From assembly GCF_009914755.1 (NCBI RefSeq), contig NC_060925.1: a stretch of 64,000 nt of DNA, one strand, 5' to 3'. The DNA comes from the human T2T-CHM13v2.0 reference genome, Homo sapiens. Both the position numbers and the translations under genes were made by a program. Shown in pieces: positions 23,223 through 40,424 of this stretch; position 1 is the stretch's first letter; each line of letters opens with the position of its first letter. Below the pieces are notes generated by a model, which was given only the letters and a program-made list of their open reading frames with translations, made no database searches and was not told the origin of the DNA.

Positions 23223-23702
<480 letters not shown>

Positions 23703-23798
23703 CTACCCATCTTCTGATGGCCCAGGAGGTAAGGGGACCCAGCAGAAGTTTGAGAAGTGGCATCTCAGAGGTTTTCCTGAATATTTGGTCTTTTCCAG

Positions 23799-23912
23799 TT
23801 CACCAGAGACACTGACAAGACACCCCAATCCATTTACAGAAAAGAATACATCCCCTTCCCAGACCACAGACCAGACCAGATCTCCAGGTGGTATGGGAAG
23901 AGGAAAGTTGAG
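23799..23912 (+). CDS. CFAP107: CFAP107 coding exon 2
   Basis: ttttccag|TTC...GAG|gtaag; 114 nt; FTRDTDKTPQSIYRKEYIPFPDHRPDQISRWYGKRKVE. Confidence 0.95.
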
Positions 23913-25419
23913 GTAAGAGGGAGTGGCAACTGGGACACTCAGGCCTGGACCCCACCCAAAGCTCAGGGGACACCAGCCAGCTTCTTATAGGCTTAGTACC
24001 GTCTTGGGGGAAATCAGGAGTAGTCTCATTAATACCCTCCCAGCCCGGGGGCTGCAGATAGCACTAACCAATAATTACCTGTGTGGGCTGATGATCTGTT
24101 TAATGTCAAACTGGTAGCATTCCCTCCAACCTATATCCCAGCACCTGGATCACACTCTTCCAACAGAATATAGGCAAAGAATGCAAGAAATAGCAACCAA
24201 AGGTAAATGATGCATATAGTCAGGAATCACATAAGGCACTGCAAAAGCAGCTGGCAGTGATGTATTTGGACAAACAGTGTTGTGTATTATCTGTGCTCCA
24301 GCTTCCTGTTCTTTCGCATGAAAAGTCAAGCACCATCCACACACCGTATTGACTGGGCACTTGTCTAGGAATCATGGTGTTCCAGGTGTTGGAAGCAGAG
24401 AGCAGGGCATTGCAACCTCAGAACATGCCCTCCACACCCAAGGAGGAGCATTTGAGACTATTATCATCTTTAGCAATCCCACTAGTGAGTATGTAGGAGA
24501 CAATTATTAACTTGTTGTGTCAGAGGCTGAGATCCTGGCCCTTCCAGGAACAGCAGGGAAAGCCGTCTCCTGCAATAACCCCTGTGGGTAGCTCCCAGCA
24601 GGCACAGCCTGGGGAGAGCAAGCTTGTAGGTGCTCACCCACTGGGTGTGCAGCTGTGCTCTGTCCCCACCACACTCTGGGAGTTCCCTTGAGTTGTTTCT
24701 TTTGCCAGCCTGCTGCTCTTATAAGCGATTTCTGTCTCCCCACTCCCACCCCACCTGACCCTACTATACCTGCTTCAACTCAGGGTGGCAGCAGACAGAC
24801 ATGGATTAAGGTAGTGGACATCTTTTGGAATTGGGGCATTTTAGTGCTTGGAGGGACCCAAGAGATTCATTCAGCTCAGCGGCCCGAGGTGTGAAGTGGC
24901 TTTTTCAAAGCTGTGTGGCTTGTTGGTAGGGATGAAGCAAGTTGCTGCTCTGCAAATCAGGCAAAGAGTGTCCTCAGATTCCATTCCTCATCTGCCAGAG
25001 TCGCCTATTTGCATTCTGCATTTAGGGATCCATGTCAGGATAAGCAGCAACAGATTTTCAGCTCTGTGCTGGCAACCCCAGATGACTCCCTCATCCTCAG
25101 ACCACACTGACATCTCCAAGCAAGCTGATGCTCTGGGGCTGCTGAGCTTCACCAGCAGTGCGCATTAAAGACACAAATGAATTTTAACATAAACAAGTCA
25201 AAGTTAGAACCCAGGATCTGGGGCTCTCAGCCTCTAACCATCCATGTATGTGAGGTATTGACCCTAGTTTTCAGTGCATTGCAGAACATTTAGATAGCCT
25301 TTGGACCCATTACAAGCTCTGACTAAGAGTTTAACATACAGTCTGGTTAAAATTAAGAACTCCACCCACCGCCCCCCCGCATTGTCATCTCCAACAGAAC
25401 AGACGATGGAATATTCATT

Positions 25420-25768
25420 TCTTTTTTTCTTTTCTTTTCTTTCTTTTTCTTTTTTTTTCCTTTTTTTCTTTTCTTTTTTTTGAGATAGAGTCTCTCTCTG
25501 TCCCCCAGGCTAGAGTGCAGTGGTGTGATGTTGGCTCACTGAAACCTCAGCCTCCTGGGTTGGAACAATTCTCCTTGCCTCAGCCTTCCAAGTAGCTGGG
25601 ATTACAGGTGTGTGCCAACACAGCTGGCTAATTTTTTTTGTATTTTTAGTAGAGATAGGGTTTTGCCATGTTGGTCAGGCTAGTCCTGAACTCCTGGTCT
25701 CAAGTAATCTGCCCACCTTGGCCTCTCAAACTGCTGGGATTACAGGCGTGAGCCACGGCACCTGGCCC
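25420..25768 (-). mobile_element. Alu with an extended T-rich tail
   Basis: Reverse Alu; flanking gaatattcattt/gaatatttattt. Confidence 0.9.
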
Positions 25769-25949
25769 TGAATATTTATTTTTAAGGTTTCTGTTCAAAT
25801 TGCCTGCTTGTGGGATGGGGCCCTGAACATAACCCTGCTTCCACACAGCTGCTTCAACTCTGTCAGCTCTTCTGTTTGCTTCATGTTGCCCTCCTTCTCC
25901 TAGGACAGCTTCCTCCTCCATCTCCCACTCCCACTTTGCTCTTCCTTGT

Positions 25950-26340
25950 TAGGCAAAAATGACTCCAAAGCCCGTATCCCCAACCGCCTCCTTTATCTAA
26001 TTCTCACATACCAAGCCAATATTTCCTCTGCCTTAAATCACCCCAGGGCCAAGTAGTGGACACTAGAGACCTCCCCTAGGGCCCAGAGCCCACGAAAACT
26101 ATTCACACTATCCAGTCCTAAACTTGTCCACCGTGCCTCGCCCAATGGTTCCCATGGAAACCACAGTAAAGGCTCTGGGCCCTGCCCCTCCACCTTGTTC
26201 CTTCTGCCTCCCGACCAGAGACCAATGCTGGTTCTTCCTGATGTGGCCCTGCAGGGCATGGCGTGCCCTTCCTCTTGAGAACTGTAAGTAACAAGCTCTC
26301 CTTTCAAAGGTAGCTGTCTCTGTGGCTGTCACTTTCCCAA
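25950..26340 (+). mobile_element. MER21-like LTR remnant
   Basis: cccatggaaaccacagtaaaggctctgg...cctgatgtggccctgcagggcatggcgtgccct..gaactgtaagtaacaa resembles the MER21 3' half. Boundaries approximate. Confidence 0.6.
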
Positions 26341-27391
26341 ACCCTAATAAGGAAAAATCCCAGGCATACAGTAAAGACACACCCCAAATCAAGAGAAACT
26401 GCAAGAAAATTCCTCCTGGCCTCTCTACCTCCCATGCCACGAGGCTGCTTCTGCAATTCCCTTTGTTGATGGGAAACCCTCCAAGTCACTTTGGCATTAG
26501 AAATACACTATGGGGTACCTGGTGATGTGGATCTTGGGAATCCTGCTTAATGTCTGTGCCCACCCCCCTTGTCTTCCTCTGGCATTGTGATCTGACTTAT
26601 TTATGGGGCCACCACTTGAAATATTGGGTGCAGCCGGCATTTCCAGACCATAGCAGACACAGGCCTCCCTGTCTGCTCCAGACAAGAGGGCAAGCATGGA
26701 AATCAACATTATGCCCCCTTGTAAGTCAGTGCAGATCCCCAGGATTCCCTTCTGGGCCCAAGAGGATTTTCTTAGGAAAAGCACTGATTCAGGCAAACAT
26801 CCCAGAGTAAGGAGAACATGGCTTTCTTCTCACTGTAAATTACTCCTCACCAAAGAAATCACTCCCCTAGTTTCCAGCTGAGCAAGCTGTAAATCCTGTG
26901 CAAGAGAAGGCAATTTATGGGGTGTTCTCTGATTCTTCCCACAGTAACAGACTGAAATATAAGGCATACATGTCAGGCTGGCTTTCACCATCTTGTCCTT
27001 GCCCTTAGGAACAGGCTTGGATTCATGAGACTTGAGACAAATCAGGCTGCAATTTCAGATCACAAGTGAGGTGGTGCTGACTCTTCCCATTCAGCAGGAT
27101 GTCCTGGCTTTAATTTTAATGTGCCACCATAGCTCATTCTAGGAATGAATTGACTTGGCATGGGACCGGCCATACAGAGAACTAACTGCAGCCAGCTGGG
27201 ATGTGTTTGAAAGTGGGATGCCTCAGAGTGGGATAAACAAGTGTGTTTCTGAAGACCCTTTGCCAGCCCACGGATGCCCGCTCTCTCCATCAGCACCACA
27301 GACCCCTACATGTGGCAGCTCCTGTCTCCACCATGGCCAGGTGGATGCTTCGCTCCTATCAGTAACGAGCCCACTGTGTCTGTCCTTCCAG

Positions 27392-27569
27392 GGGCTACCT
27401 TACAAACACCTGATCACCCACCACCAGGAGCCCCCACATCGCTACCTGATCAGCACCTATGACGACCATTACAACCGGCATGGTTACAACCCGGGGCTGC
27501 CTCCACTCCGCACTTGGAATGGACAGAAGTTGCTGTGGCTGCCAGAGAAGTCTGACTTTCCCCTTCTTG
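27392..27569 (+). CDS. CFAP107: CFAP107 coding exon 3
   Basis: ccttccag|GGG...CTTG|gtacct; 178 nt; GLPYKHLITHHQEPPHRYLISTYDDHYNRHGYNPGLPPLRTWNGQKLLWLPEKSDFPLL. Confidence 0.93.
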
Positions 27570-28851
27570 GTACCTTTATAATTCAGGGTATTCCTCTGCG
27601 TTGGTCTGTAAAGTTGCACAGACCAACGGAGCTGTACCTGCCTCATGCAGAAGGAGCCACACAGGTGACCCTGGCTCCAGGAGAGCAGCGGATGACATAG
27701 TAGGGGCTGAGTTCTATTGTACCCTCAGGGCTGCCTCCTGTCCTTTCCCTTTGACCTGGGGTAATCTTGGCTGTGTAATGAAGCCATCACCTGTGCCCCA
27801 TGGTGGCGGGCTTAGAGCACAGGTGGCAGGGAGCAACATCCACGCATCCTTCCTCCCAGTCTTATTTACTACATGAATAATGACAATATTTCCCAGGTAG
27901 TGCTCCCTGCTGCAATGATAACAAACACTGAGGAATTTCTGGACTCGGGGAGTTGACATTCCAGGGGGGAAACAGATAAGACACCATTAAAAAGTAAGAA
28001 CACTTAAGATCACATAGATAATTTTAGACAGGAGTGTGCGCTATAAAGAAAACAGGTAATGGAGAGAAAGTGAGGTGGTGAATTTGTGAACCTCCTTTGG
28101 TTCACAAATTCCTCCTTGGAAAAGTGAGGGGTGGTCTTTGTTGAGGAGATAGAGTTGAATTGGGAAGAAGGGAGCCATACAGGGATTGAGGGGGAGGACA
28201 TTCCAGAGGAAGGAACAGTAAATGAAAAAGTTCTAAGGCAGGAATGGAGGAGGATCATGTAGGGGTTCATAGGGCACAGTGAAGGGAATGAAATTTGTCC
28301 TATCCACAATCCCAAGACTTGGAATGCACTTTTGTAGGAGAGTGCCTTGATGTGATTTACATTTCAAGCCACGTCCACACTAGTGAGGACACAGAGCAGT
28401 GCCAGCTCTTTGTGGTCCTACCTTTTGATGCAAAGGGACACAGGTCAGAGGATGAGCTGCTGGTCACTCTGCATTACTTTTGCATGGGATTCTTCTCAAC
28501 ATCACTCTCAGTGCACACAGCTTCCTTCCCGACAGGGGTGGGACAATTACTCAGGACCAGCGAGGCCACGCACAACCACACCGTGGGGCTGACTTTTCCA
28601 AGGCCCCCGTGGCAGAGCCTGATCTCCCCTGAGCACTTGTGATGCAGGTGCACCTTGAGACCGCCAGGGGCTGGCTGAACCAATGCTCTCTGCAAGGCTC
28701 TTCCCTGTGGGCCTCTGCCAGCCTTGGTCCCTGACAGAGCAGCCTGGGAAAATCTCCAGGGCCCCTGCTGCCCAGTCTCGTGGCCATTGGCCATTTAGAG
28801 CAAGACTCCTTCTGTAAGCCCCATTCAACTGGACCCTGGTTTCTCTTGCAG

Positions 28852-29033
28852 CTCCCCCTACAAACTATGGACTCTATGAGCAGCTCAAGCAGAGACAGCT
28901 CACACCCAAGGCTGGCCTGAAGCAGAGCACTTATACTTCATCCTACCCCAGACCACCGTTGTGCGCTATGTCCTGGAGGGAGCATGCGGTCCCGGTCCCT
29001 CCCCATCGCCTGCATCCTTTCCCACACTTCTGA
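28852..29033 (+). CDS. CFAP107: CFAP107 coding exon 4 (to TGA)
   Basis: tctcttgcag|CTCCC...; (A)PPTNYGLYEQLKQRQLTPKAGLKQSTYTSSYPRPPLCAMSWREHAVPVPPHRLHPFPHF*. Phase matches exon 3. Confidence 0.93.
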
Positions 29034-29231
29034 GAGCTGCCACCCCAGGAGCAGCTCAGATAGAATCAGCTGGAGACCACAGCATCACTGGACTTGCCAG
29101 ACAACAAGTGGCGCAGATAAACTCAGAGTACGAGATCTGGCCCGTCAAAGGTGCTCTCAGAATCATCATCTGCATTTGGCGGTACCTGTCCCCCCTCAAA
29201 ACCCACAGGTTCCTTTCTTTTCCATCCAACA

Positions 29232-29237
29232 ATTAAA
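29232..29237 (+). terminator. Probable CFAP107 polyadenylation signal (ATTAAA)
   Basis: ATTAAA about 200 nt after the stop codon. Confidence 0.6.
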
Positions 29238-29596
29238 GATCTTTGACACTATTGCAGGGCTATGTACGTGCACAAGACAGATTCAGACTGTCAGAGAAAA
29301 CAGGAAGGGCCCTTAAGTTCTACCCTGTTGTTTCACAAGAGGGGAAACTGAGGCCCGGAGAGGTAATGTGACTTGCTGAAGAGTCTACTCCCATGGAGGA
29401 AATGAATCTGATGATGAAACCCATCATGAAAACTCCACAGAATGACTGAATGTGGTTCCCAGGAGGGCAGTGCTGCAGAGCTGGCAATGGGGAAGGACCC
29501 CAGCTTGTCTGTCATTGCCAAGGCAGAGGAAGGCGTGCTCTGGCCCCACGGGGCTCAGAAGAAGGGGAAAACACATGGCATTTCCTTTGTCTCTGA

Positions 29597-29965
<369 letters not shown>

Positions 29966-30240
29966 TGAGTGATTTGGGAGAGAGGGTGGATCTCCTAGCA
30001 GAAGAACTCAGGCATGGTCCTCGCCCAGGACAGGGGTCCACAAGTGTGCATGCTCAGTGCTCGCACAGAGCTGCCTCTTTGAAGAAATTCCAGCAGACAC
30101 CTTTGGCCCTTTGCATGCTTGGCTCATGGGCACAGGTGTGTTTTGTCAGTGATTTTGTACTGCACACCAATAATATGACTCCCAGTATGGGAGCCTGAGT
30201 CTCTGCCATTGTTTTCACAGGATACCTGCTGGCCTCAGGC

Positions 30241-30878
30241 CACCTACCTTAGGGTCACTTTGGCACCTACTAAGCTCCTTCCTTAGTCATCCAAGTGTCC
30301 ATGTAAGGACACTGTCTTCCATCCCAACTGAAAGTCAGAGCCTGACACAGGCTAAGTCCTCTATGTTTGTTGGATGAGTGAATGACAGGAGTTGAACAAA
30401 TGAGTTGAATGAATGAATGACAGGAGGAGGAGCCAGGGGGTGCAGAAAGGTTGCACCTACCTTAGGGTCACTTTGGCACCTACTAAGTTCCTTCCTTAGT
30501 CATCCAAGTGTCCATGTAAGGATGCTGTCTTCCATCCCAACTGAAAGTCAGAGCCTGACACAGGCTAAGTCCTCTACGTTTGTTGGATGAGTGAATGACA
30601 GGAGTTGAACAAATGAGTTGAATGAATGAATGACAGGAGGAGGAGCCGGGGGTGCAGAAAGGTTGCACCTACCTTAGGGTCACTTTGGCACCTACTAAGT
30701 TCCTTCCTTAGTCATCCAAGTGTCCATGTAAGGATGCTGTCTTCCATCCCAACTGAAAGTCAGAGCCTGACACAGGCTAAGTCCTCTATGTTTGTTGGAT
30801 GAGTGGATGACAGGAGTTGAACAAATGAGTTGAATGAATGAATGACAGGAGGAGGAGCCAGGGGGTGCAGAAAGGTTG
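30241..30878. repeat. Tandem repeat, 3 copies of a 212-213-bp unit
   Basis: Units start at cacctaccttagggtcac (30241, 30454, 30666) and end at gcagaaaggttg. Only a handful of differences between copies. Confidence 0.97.
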
Positions 30879-31119
30879 CTGCAGGAGACAGCTGTGGGAT
30901 GGAGTGGAGCTGGCTGTCCTCACACCTCCAACATCCAGCCTTTCTATTGAGCATCCATTGAGCCATGTCTGGGCCAGGCCCTGACCTCACAGAGCCTCAG
31001 TCCAGCAGTCAGGGAGGAGCATGAGGTAAATGGCTGCAGGACAGAGAGGTGCTGCAGCTGGAGGCCCTGGGGGACAGCGATGGATTGCGAGGAGTGAGGG
31101 AGACCCAGGATATGCTAAG

Positions 31120-31633
31120 CAGGGGCGTCTAATCTTTTGGCTTCCCTGGGCTACATTGGAAGAAGAATTGTCTTGGGCCACACATAAAAAAAATGAACAG
31201 GGGCTGGGCGCAGTGGCTCATGCCTGTAATTCCAGCACTTTGGGAGGCCTATATGGGCGGATCACCTGAGGTCAGGAGTTTGTGACTAGCCTGTCTAGCA
31301 CAGTGAAACACTGTCTCTATTAAAAATACAAAAATGAGCTGGCATAGTGGTTCATGCCTGGAATCCCAGCTACTCCAGAGGCTGAGGCAGCAGAATCGCT
31401 TGAACCCAGGAGGCGGAGGTTTCAGTGAGACCAGATGGTACCACTGCACTCCAGCCTTGGTGACAGAGTGAGACTCCATCCCAAAAACAACAACAACAAC
31501 AACAAACTTACACTAACGGTAGCTGATGAGCTAAAAAAAAAATCGCGTAAAAAAACCCCATAATGTTTTAAGTAAGTTTACAAATTTATGTTGGGCCACA
31601 TTCAGCCTGCAGGCGGAGGGTTGGACAAGCTTG
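31120..31633 (+). mobile_element. MER30-like hAT element split by an Alu (31202-31505)
   Basis: caggggcgtctaatcttttggcttccctgggc...gttggacaagcttg termini. Confidence 0.8.
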
Positions 31634-31879
31634 TGCGAAAGTAAAGGATGTCATGAGAGCAACGGGCAGGGGTTGACGGATGATGAATGAAGACCTGGCC
31701 TGCCTAGGTAGGGCCAGGGAGAATCAGGTAGGTCAAGGCCAGAAAGCTGAGGGAGATTACCCAGCTGAAGGGACAGGTTGGGAGGGAAGAGAGGGTGGCT
31801 TGGGCCATGGGGGCAGCACGTTTGAAGTCTCTGACTTGGGAAGAAGCTGAGCAAATTCCTTAAAAGTCCAGAAAGACCA

Positions 31880-32375
31880 TGCATTGGTCTCCTATTGCTG
31901 CTGGAACAAAATACCACAAACTCAGTGCCCTAAAGCAACACATGTTTATTTGACAGTTCTTATTATAAATGTGAATAAATGCACATTTATTCAGAATATC
32001 ACAAGCTCAGTGCTTTAAAACAACACACATTTATCCTCTTGCAGTTCTCTTATGGGTAAGAGTCTACAGTGGTCCCCAGGGCTGCGTTGCTTCTAGAGGG
32101 TCTGGGGCAAATTGTTCCCTTGTCTTTTCCAGCTTCTAGGGCACATCACCGCTCCCATCTTATGGCGCCATCAGCTTGTCGAGAGCCAGCAGTGTAGCCT
32201 TCCTTCCTCTCTGTCTCCCCTTACAAGGATCCTTGTGACCACACTGCGCTCCCTGGATAAGCCAAGATAACCCCTTTCTCAAGATCCTTAATTTAATCAC
32301 ACCTATAAAATTCCTTCTGAATCTTAACTAACATAGTCACAGATTCCAGAATGAGGATATGGACATTCTAGGAGG
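31880..32375 (-). mobile_element. MLT1-type MaLR LTR remnant
   Basis: attgctgctggaacaaaataccacaaactcagtg...tcaagatccttaatttaatcaca...aacatagtcacagattcc. Confidence 0.7.
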
Positions 32376-32776
32376 GACGAGGAGAGAAGAGTTCTGTGCA
32401 CTTGACACCTGCTCAGTCACTGACCCCTCCCCCCACCCCCAATGAATCTGGTCCTTTCCAGGCAGCTGGGATGGTCAAGGGACAGGGGCAGGGGGAATCC
32501 GATGAGGGCCACAGACTGTGACTGCCCTCACCTGGTCAGCACTGCTTCACCTTCCATCCACACGTATTAAAAAGTCACTGTGAATGTGAGAGTGACTAGA
32601 AACTCTTGAGCAGGAGTATTGTTTTCAAGGTCCACGATGCAACCAGTTACACAAGATGGGGTGCACAACCAATAGCAGAGGCTCCAGTTGACCAGGGCGG
32701 AGGCTCTCCCCAGCTGTTCCCAAAGCAAAATCAAGCAGGTGAGAGTCTATTTCCTACAGTCCTGCTTCAACCCAAC

Positions 32777-32971
32777 CAGTGGTTCTCAAACCCAACCAGT
32801 GAGCCACATTAGCTTCACCTGGGGGGCTTGTTGAAACACAGATGCTAGGCCCATCCCCTGAGCTTCGGAATTAGAAGGTCTCAGGTGGGGCTGACAAGCT
32901 GGAATTTTAATGAGTTCCCATGGGAAGCTGGTGCTGCTGGCCTGGGGACTGAACTTTGGCAACCACGCCAC
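32777..32971. mobile_element. MER5A-like hAT element
   Basis: cagtggttctcaaac...tcacctggggggcttgttgaaacacagatgct...actttggcaaccac. Confidence 0.75.
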
Positions 32972-32989
32972 TAGGCTGAGCTAGTCTAA

Positions 32990-36408
<3,419 letters not shown>

Positions 36409-36649
36409 AGATCGTGTGTTTCTATTTTATTTGTAAAATTTCTTTGGAATAACAGATTGTGCAGTGAAAATAAACATAGTAAACATTAGACCTGATGCTC
36501 TGGACCCCAGCTCTCACACAAGCCTCTGACTGTGGAATTTTATTACAAAGCATTAAAATAAACAGCACTTTGGCAGGGACTAGGACAAATGTTGGGTGAA
36601 ATGAGACAGAAGGAGGCCGATGACCCCAAGTCCCAAATGAGTAGAAAGG

Positions 36650-37563
36650 AGGCTTTTATCAGCTGGGAGCTATGGGAGAACCCCAGGCCCAGTGGGCATT
36701 GCTGCAATGACCTCATGGTATGTATGTGTGTATGTGTGTGACCACCTAGAAAGTCACAGCTCTCCAGGATGAGCTGGCCCCATAGCAGAGAAAAGTAAAA
36801 CCCCCATATCCCTGGTAGGACAAATCTCCCATGAGTTCAGCAAGAAGACTTGGGATCTGTGGACAGGAGGGCACTTGGTAAAATCCTTCATTTGAGGTTG
36901 ATGTGAAAAGTTGAACTCAAGATCCTGAGGCCTTATGTCCTTCCCACTCCCCCACAGGGCTCCTGCTGAGCCAGCCCTGACTCCCAGATGCAAGAGCCCA
37001 GGGAGGAGTTGGGAGAGAGGAAAACCTGCTGGGACCTCAGGGCATGGAAGGAGCCCTGGACCTTTCTCCCAGTGATGCCTCCCCTACTGTCAAGTTCCTC
37101 TGGCCCTGGAGCTTCCAGGGACCCCTGCATCCTTTCCTTCCTGCAGCCCTGCCTTTGCCAAAGCTCCATGCATTTGCCTCCAAGTGGGTCCCCAACCCCA
37201 GGCTCTGGGAGCTGTGAAGAGGCTCAGGGTTCCTGCAGTCTGCAGGAGGAAACCTTGCTCTAAATGGGCCTGTGTGGGTTCTGGGATCCCTTCCTGCACA
37301 GGGCCACCTGCAGGTCCCACAGATGTATCTTCCCTAGAAGAGCCAGTGGTGATGGGCGAGGACCCCTAACCTGCTCCCAAACCCCACATCCAAAGGAGAG
37401 AGAGGGATCACCTGAAGCACAGACCAGGGGTTGGGTCCTGGCCCCACTGTCTCCTCCTGATCCCAGAGGCCAGGGGTGTGGCCACAGGCACTCCACCAAC
37501 TCCTCCTGCACCCCCAACCCAAGCTGAACAAACTCCTCCAGACTCCCTGGCCCACCCCAACTT
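36650..37563. repeat. Diverged inverted paralog of 55437-56376
   Basis: agagaaaagtaaaacccccatatccctggtaggac (36787) matches the reverse complement of gtcctaccagggacatgggatgttttacttttctct (56191). The ORF track gives GPTWRQM(H/Q)GALAKAGL on opposite strands. Confidence 0.9.
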
Positions 37564-40424
37564 AAAGAAATTAGGAGAATTCTCCAAGGGGGAGAAGACA
37601 CCAGCTGCCTCTGCAGTGCTGTGCCCAGGAGGAAGATGATCACTGTTCAAACTGCCCTGGCAAGTTGTTTCAAAGAAATAAAGCCCTTGGATTCTCAGTG
37701 TTCTGAATCACATTGCACTTAATAAACATTAGTTTTACTAATGTTTTCCACTTACCTGTCTGTTTATATTCAGCAGTGAGAGTTCTTCATCTTCAACAAA
37801 AAGTGATTAAAGGACATAGGACATCTGTCATTTTCCCCATGGATTATTAAGATCACTCTGCACATTTCATCTTGCACAGTCATTTTTTTCTGACCTGGGC
37901 TGCAGTGCTGAGCCACGTGTACTGTGTTGGGTTCATTTTCCAGATTCTTTGCTTTTTGTTTGTCTTTGTCAGTAGCACCGAGAATAGTAGATGGCACATC
38001 CCAGGCACTCAGTAAAGGTTTTTGAGGGGAAAGGAGGGAGAGGAAGGCACTGCGTGTTGGGGGGTCCAATGTGCCAGAATATTCCTTGAAAACTTGACCC
38101 AGAGTCTCCCCTCCAGGGCCTCGTGATGCTCCTCAGCACTGGACGTGGCAGGATTTTTCTGACCAAGAATCAATGTGCACCTTCTCCTTCCACAGGGAGG
38201 TGCTGGGCAGGCTGATGGGCCCTGGTTTGACTTCCATGCCCCAAGACATTCTTCTGGCTTGCAGGAGGAGATGTGGGGTCTCTTGGATGACAGGGACTCT
38301 GGGCCCGACACCGTTCTGCCTCATTCCCTCCTGAAAAGCCTAATCCTCCCTGTTCCACGAGGCTGTGATGAGTGAGGAGACAGAAATGCACAATTTTCAG
38401 AGAGCATCCCTTCCCCTGGCCACACGCCAAGCCTGCTTCCCTCTGACCTGTCCCTTGTCTTTGCATTCAGGATGGACACTCACCACCTACTCTCCCTCCC
38501 CAGGACTCCTCACTGGCCTGACTCTGTGCTCCTGGGGCACGGTGGGGCAGCCCCTGGAACCTCATGCAGACCAGGGCACACAAACGGCCTTGGGAACTCA
38601 CAGTGTCATATCCAGGCCCCAGTCCCCCCAGGGTCTCAGACACAAGTCTGCAGCCGTTCAGGGACATGGCTCTGTGAGAGCCAGAGAACCTGGCCCCTGC
38701 CCTGCTGCCACTTCCCTCCTCCTCCCTTATTCCAGCCTCAGAAGCTCCTCTGGCCACTCACTCCCTGACTTGGCTTTGCTCTTTCCCTTAGTTCCTCTGG
38801 CTCTGTCCAGCCTGCAACAAGTCCCAAGAACGTCCCCTACTCCCAGGGTGCTACGAGCACCTCCCTAGCATCAACTCTCTGCTCTGAGGGTGACCCTCTC
38901 CTCAGATCCTTATTAGAGGAAAAAAGGAGCAGCCCCTGGTAGGGCAAGAAGTGATCTGACTCAGACAGAAAACAGACTTATCGCATCCCAGGTGCAGCTT
39001 GTCAGCTTTCAGGCTGGGCCAGGGGAGCTTGGAAAGGGAAGGCCCCTGCCCGGGAACCTCTCCCAGGGATTCCCATCAGCCTGGAATCCCTAGGAGAACC
39101 AGAGGAGTCAGGTCTTCCTCTGCAAGCCAGGCAAGGTCAGTCACCCTGCAACAGTCCCAGGTGCCTCTTTAGGTCCACAGCAGCAGCTGAGGAGCTCCCT
39201 GCTTTGTGCCTTGCTATGTTCACCAGAATACCTCAGTAGAACTTGGGGAGAATTCCTTCATTACTGCTGATGACAGGGAAAGGGTCTTCAAGCATCATGG
39301 CCATGTTCCAAGCTCCAGGAGAGATGGGCTGATATTCCTGAGATGCAGAGTGTGGGCTGCCCTGACCCTTTCCAGGCGCCCCTGGCCCAGCCTTAGAGCT
39401 GAAAAGGCTGCACCTGGAGAGGAAAACAGAAGCTCAGAAATATTCTAGAGACCCTGAGCAAGGGCCTGGGGGAAACTTTGAGATCCCAGTGGGGATTCCA
39501 TGAGTGGAGAAGGGGTCAGGTGGTTCCTTGAGATGAACTGCGAAGGCTGCTCTGACCTGGGCAGCAGACAAGCACCTTGAGAAGAACAGGCGACAGGATA
39601 TGGTAGAAAAGGCCCCAAGTGCAGGATTCTCACCAGGGTCCTGGGGGTGGTGCAAGACTCCCTGAATTGGGTAGGAAGGAAAAGGCTGTCAATCAGTTCT
39701 TTGTAACATTTAGGTTATTGAACCCCTTGGGGGATCCTCTGAGCCCTCACCTGAGGGATCTGCCAATCATTTGCGGCCTGAACATGGGCAGATTCCTCTC
39801 CCTGGCCGAGTCTCAGGGTCACCAGGTTAAAAATGCGGGAAAGAGCAACATACCTTAGGTTCACTGGGAGGGAGAGGTGAGGTCTCTGTGAGGGAGAGCT
39901 GGGTGAAAAGTACTCAGCCCCTGCTGTGCCTCGTGGATGCTCAGTCAACAGAGATGCTCACGACCATCCTTGGTGCTGAGCTCACCCTCAGCCTCAGGTT
40001 CACAAAGCAAGGGGCTGGGAAGTAGAAGCCTCACTGAGTACATTTCAGTTTAACTTGATTGCACACATAAGGCATTGATAGTGAGGTCAGAAATGTGGAG
40101 AGAAAACATTTCCAGAAAGATTCCGAGATGGAGAACATCCTTCGAAGAACTCCAGCTTTGGTGGGCCAGTGGCATCTCAGAGCTGTTTGGGTGTCATAAA
40201 AAATGGGAGAGAAAGGCCTGGAGGATTCTCTGGGGTGGGGGAGGCTCTTGCTACTTTGTATCCCAAAACATCAGAAGAATCACGGTGTGATTCTGCCCAG
40301 GATGGGAGCCACCCCTAAGCTTACAAAGCTTGCAGCGTGATACGGAGCTCTGGGTTTTGTGGGGAAATGTACTAGGATGTGTGCACTGTGCTTAAAGAGA
40401 GAAAAACTGAGTTCTCTTATTTTC

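Noticed and set aside
30241-30878. CRISPR-like reading of the repeated block
   Set aside because: The units are contiguous 213-bp copies with no unique spacers and no cas genes, in a primate context.
38365-38868. 167-aa ORF and overlapping ORFs in the GC-richer PRAMEF12 upstream region
   Set aside because: No recognisable domain or convincing exon structure. ORFs occur in several frames, as expected from base composition.
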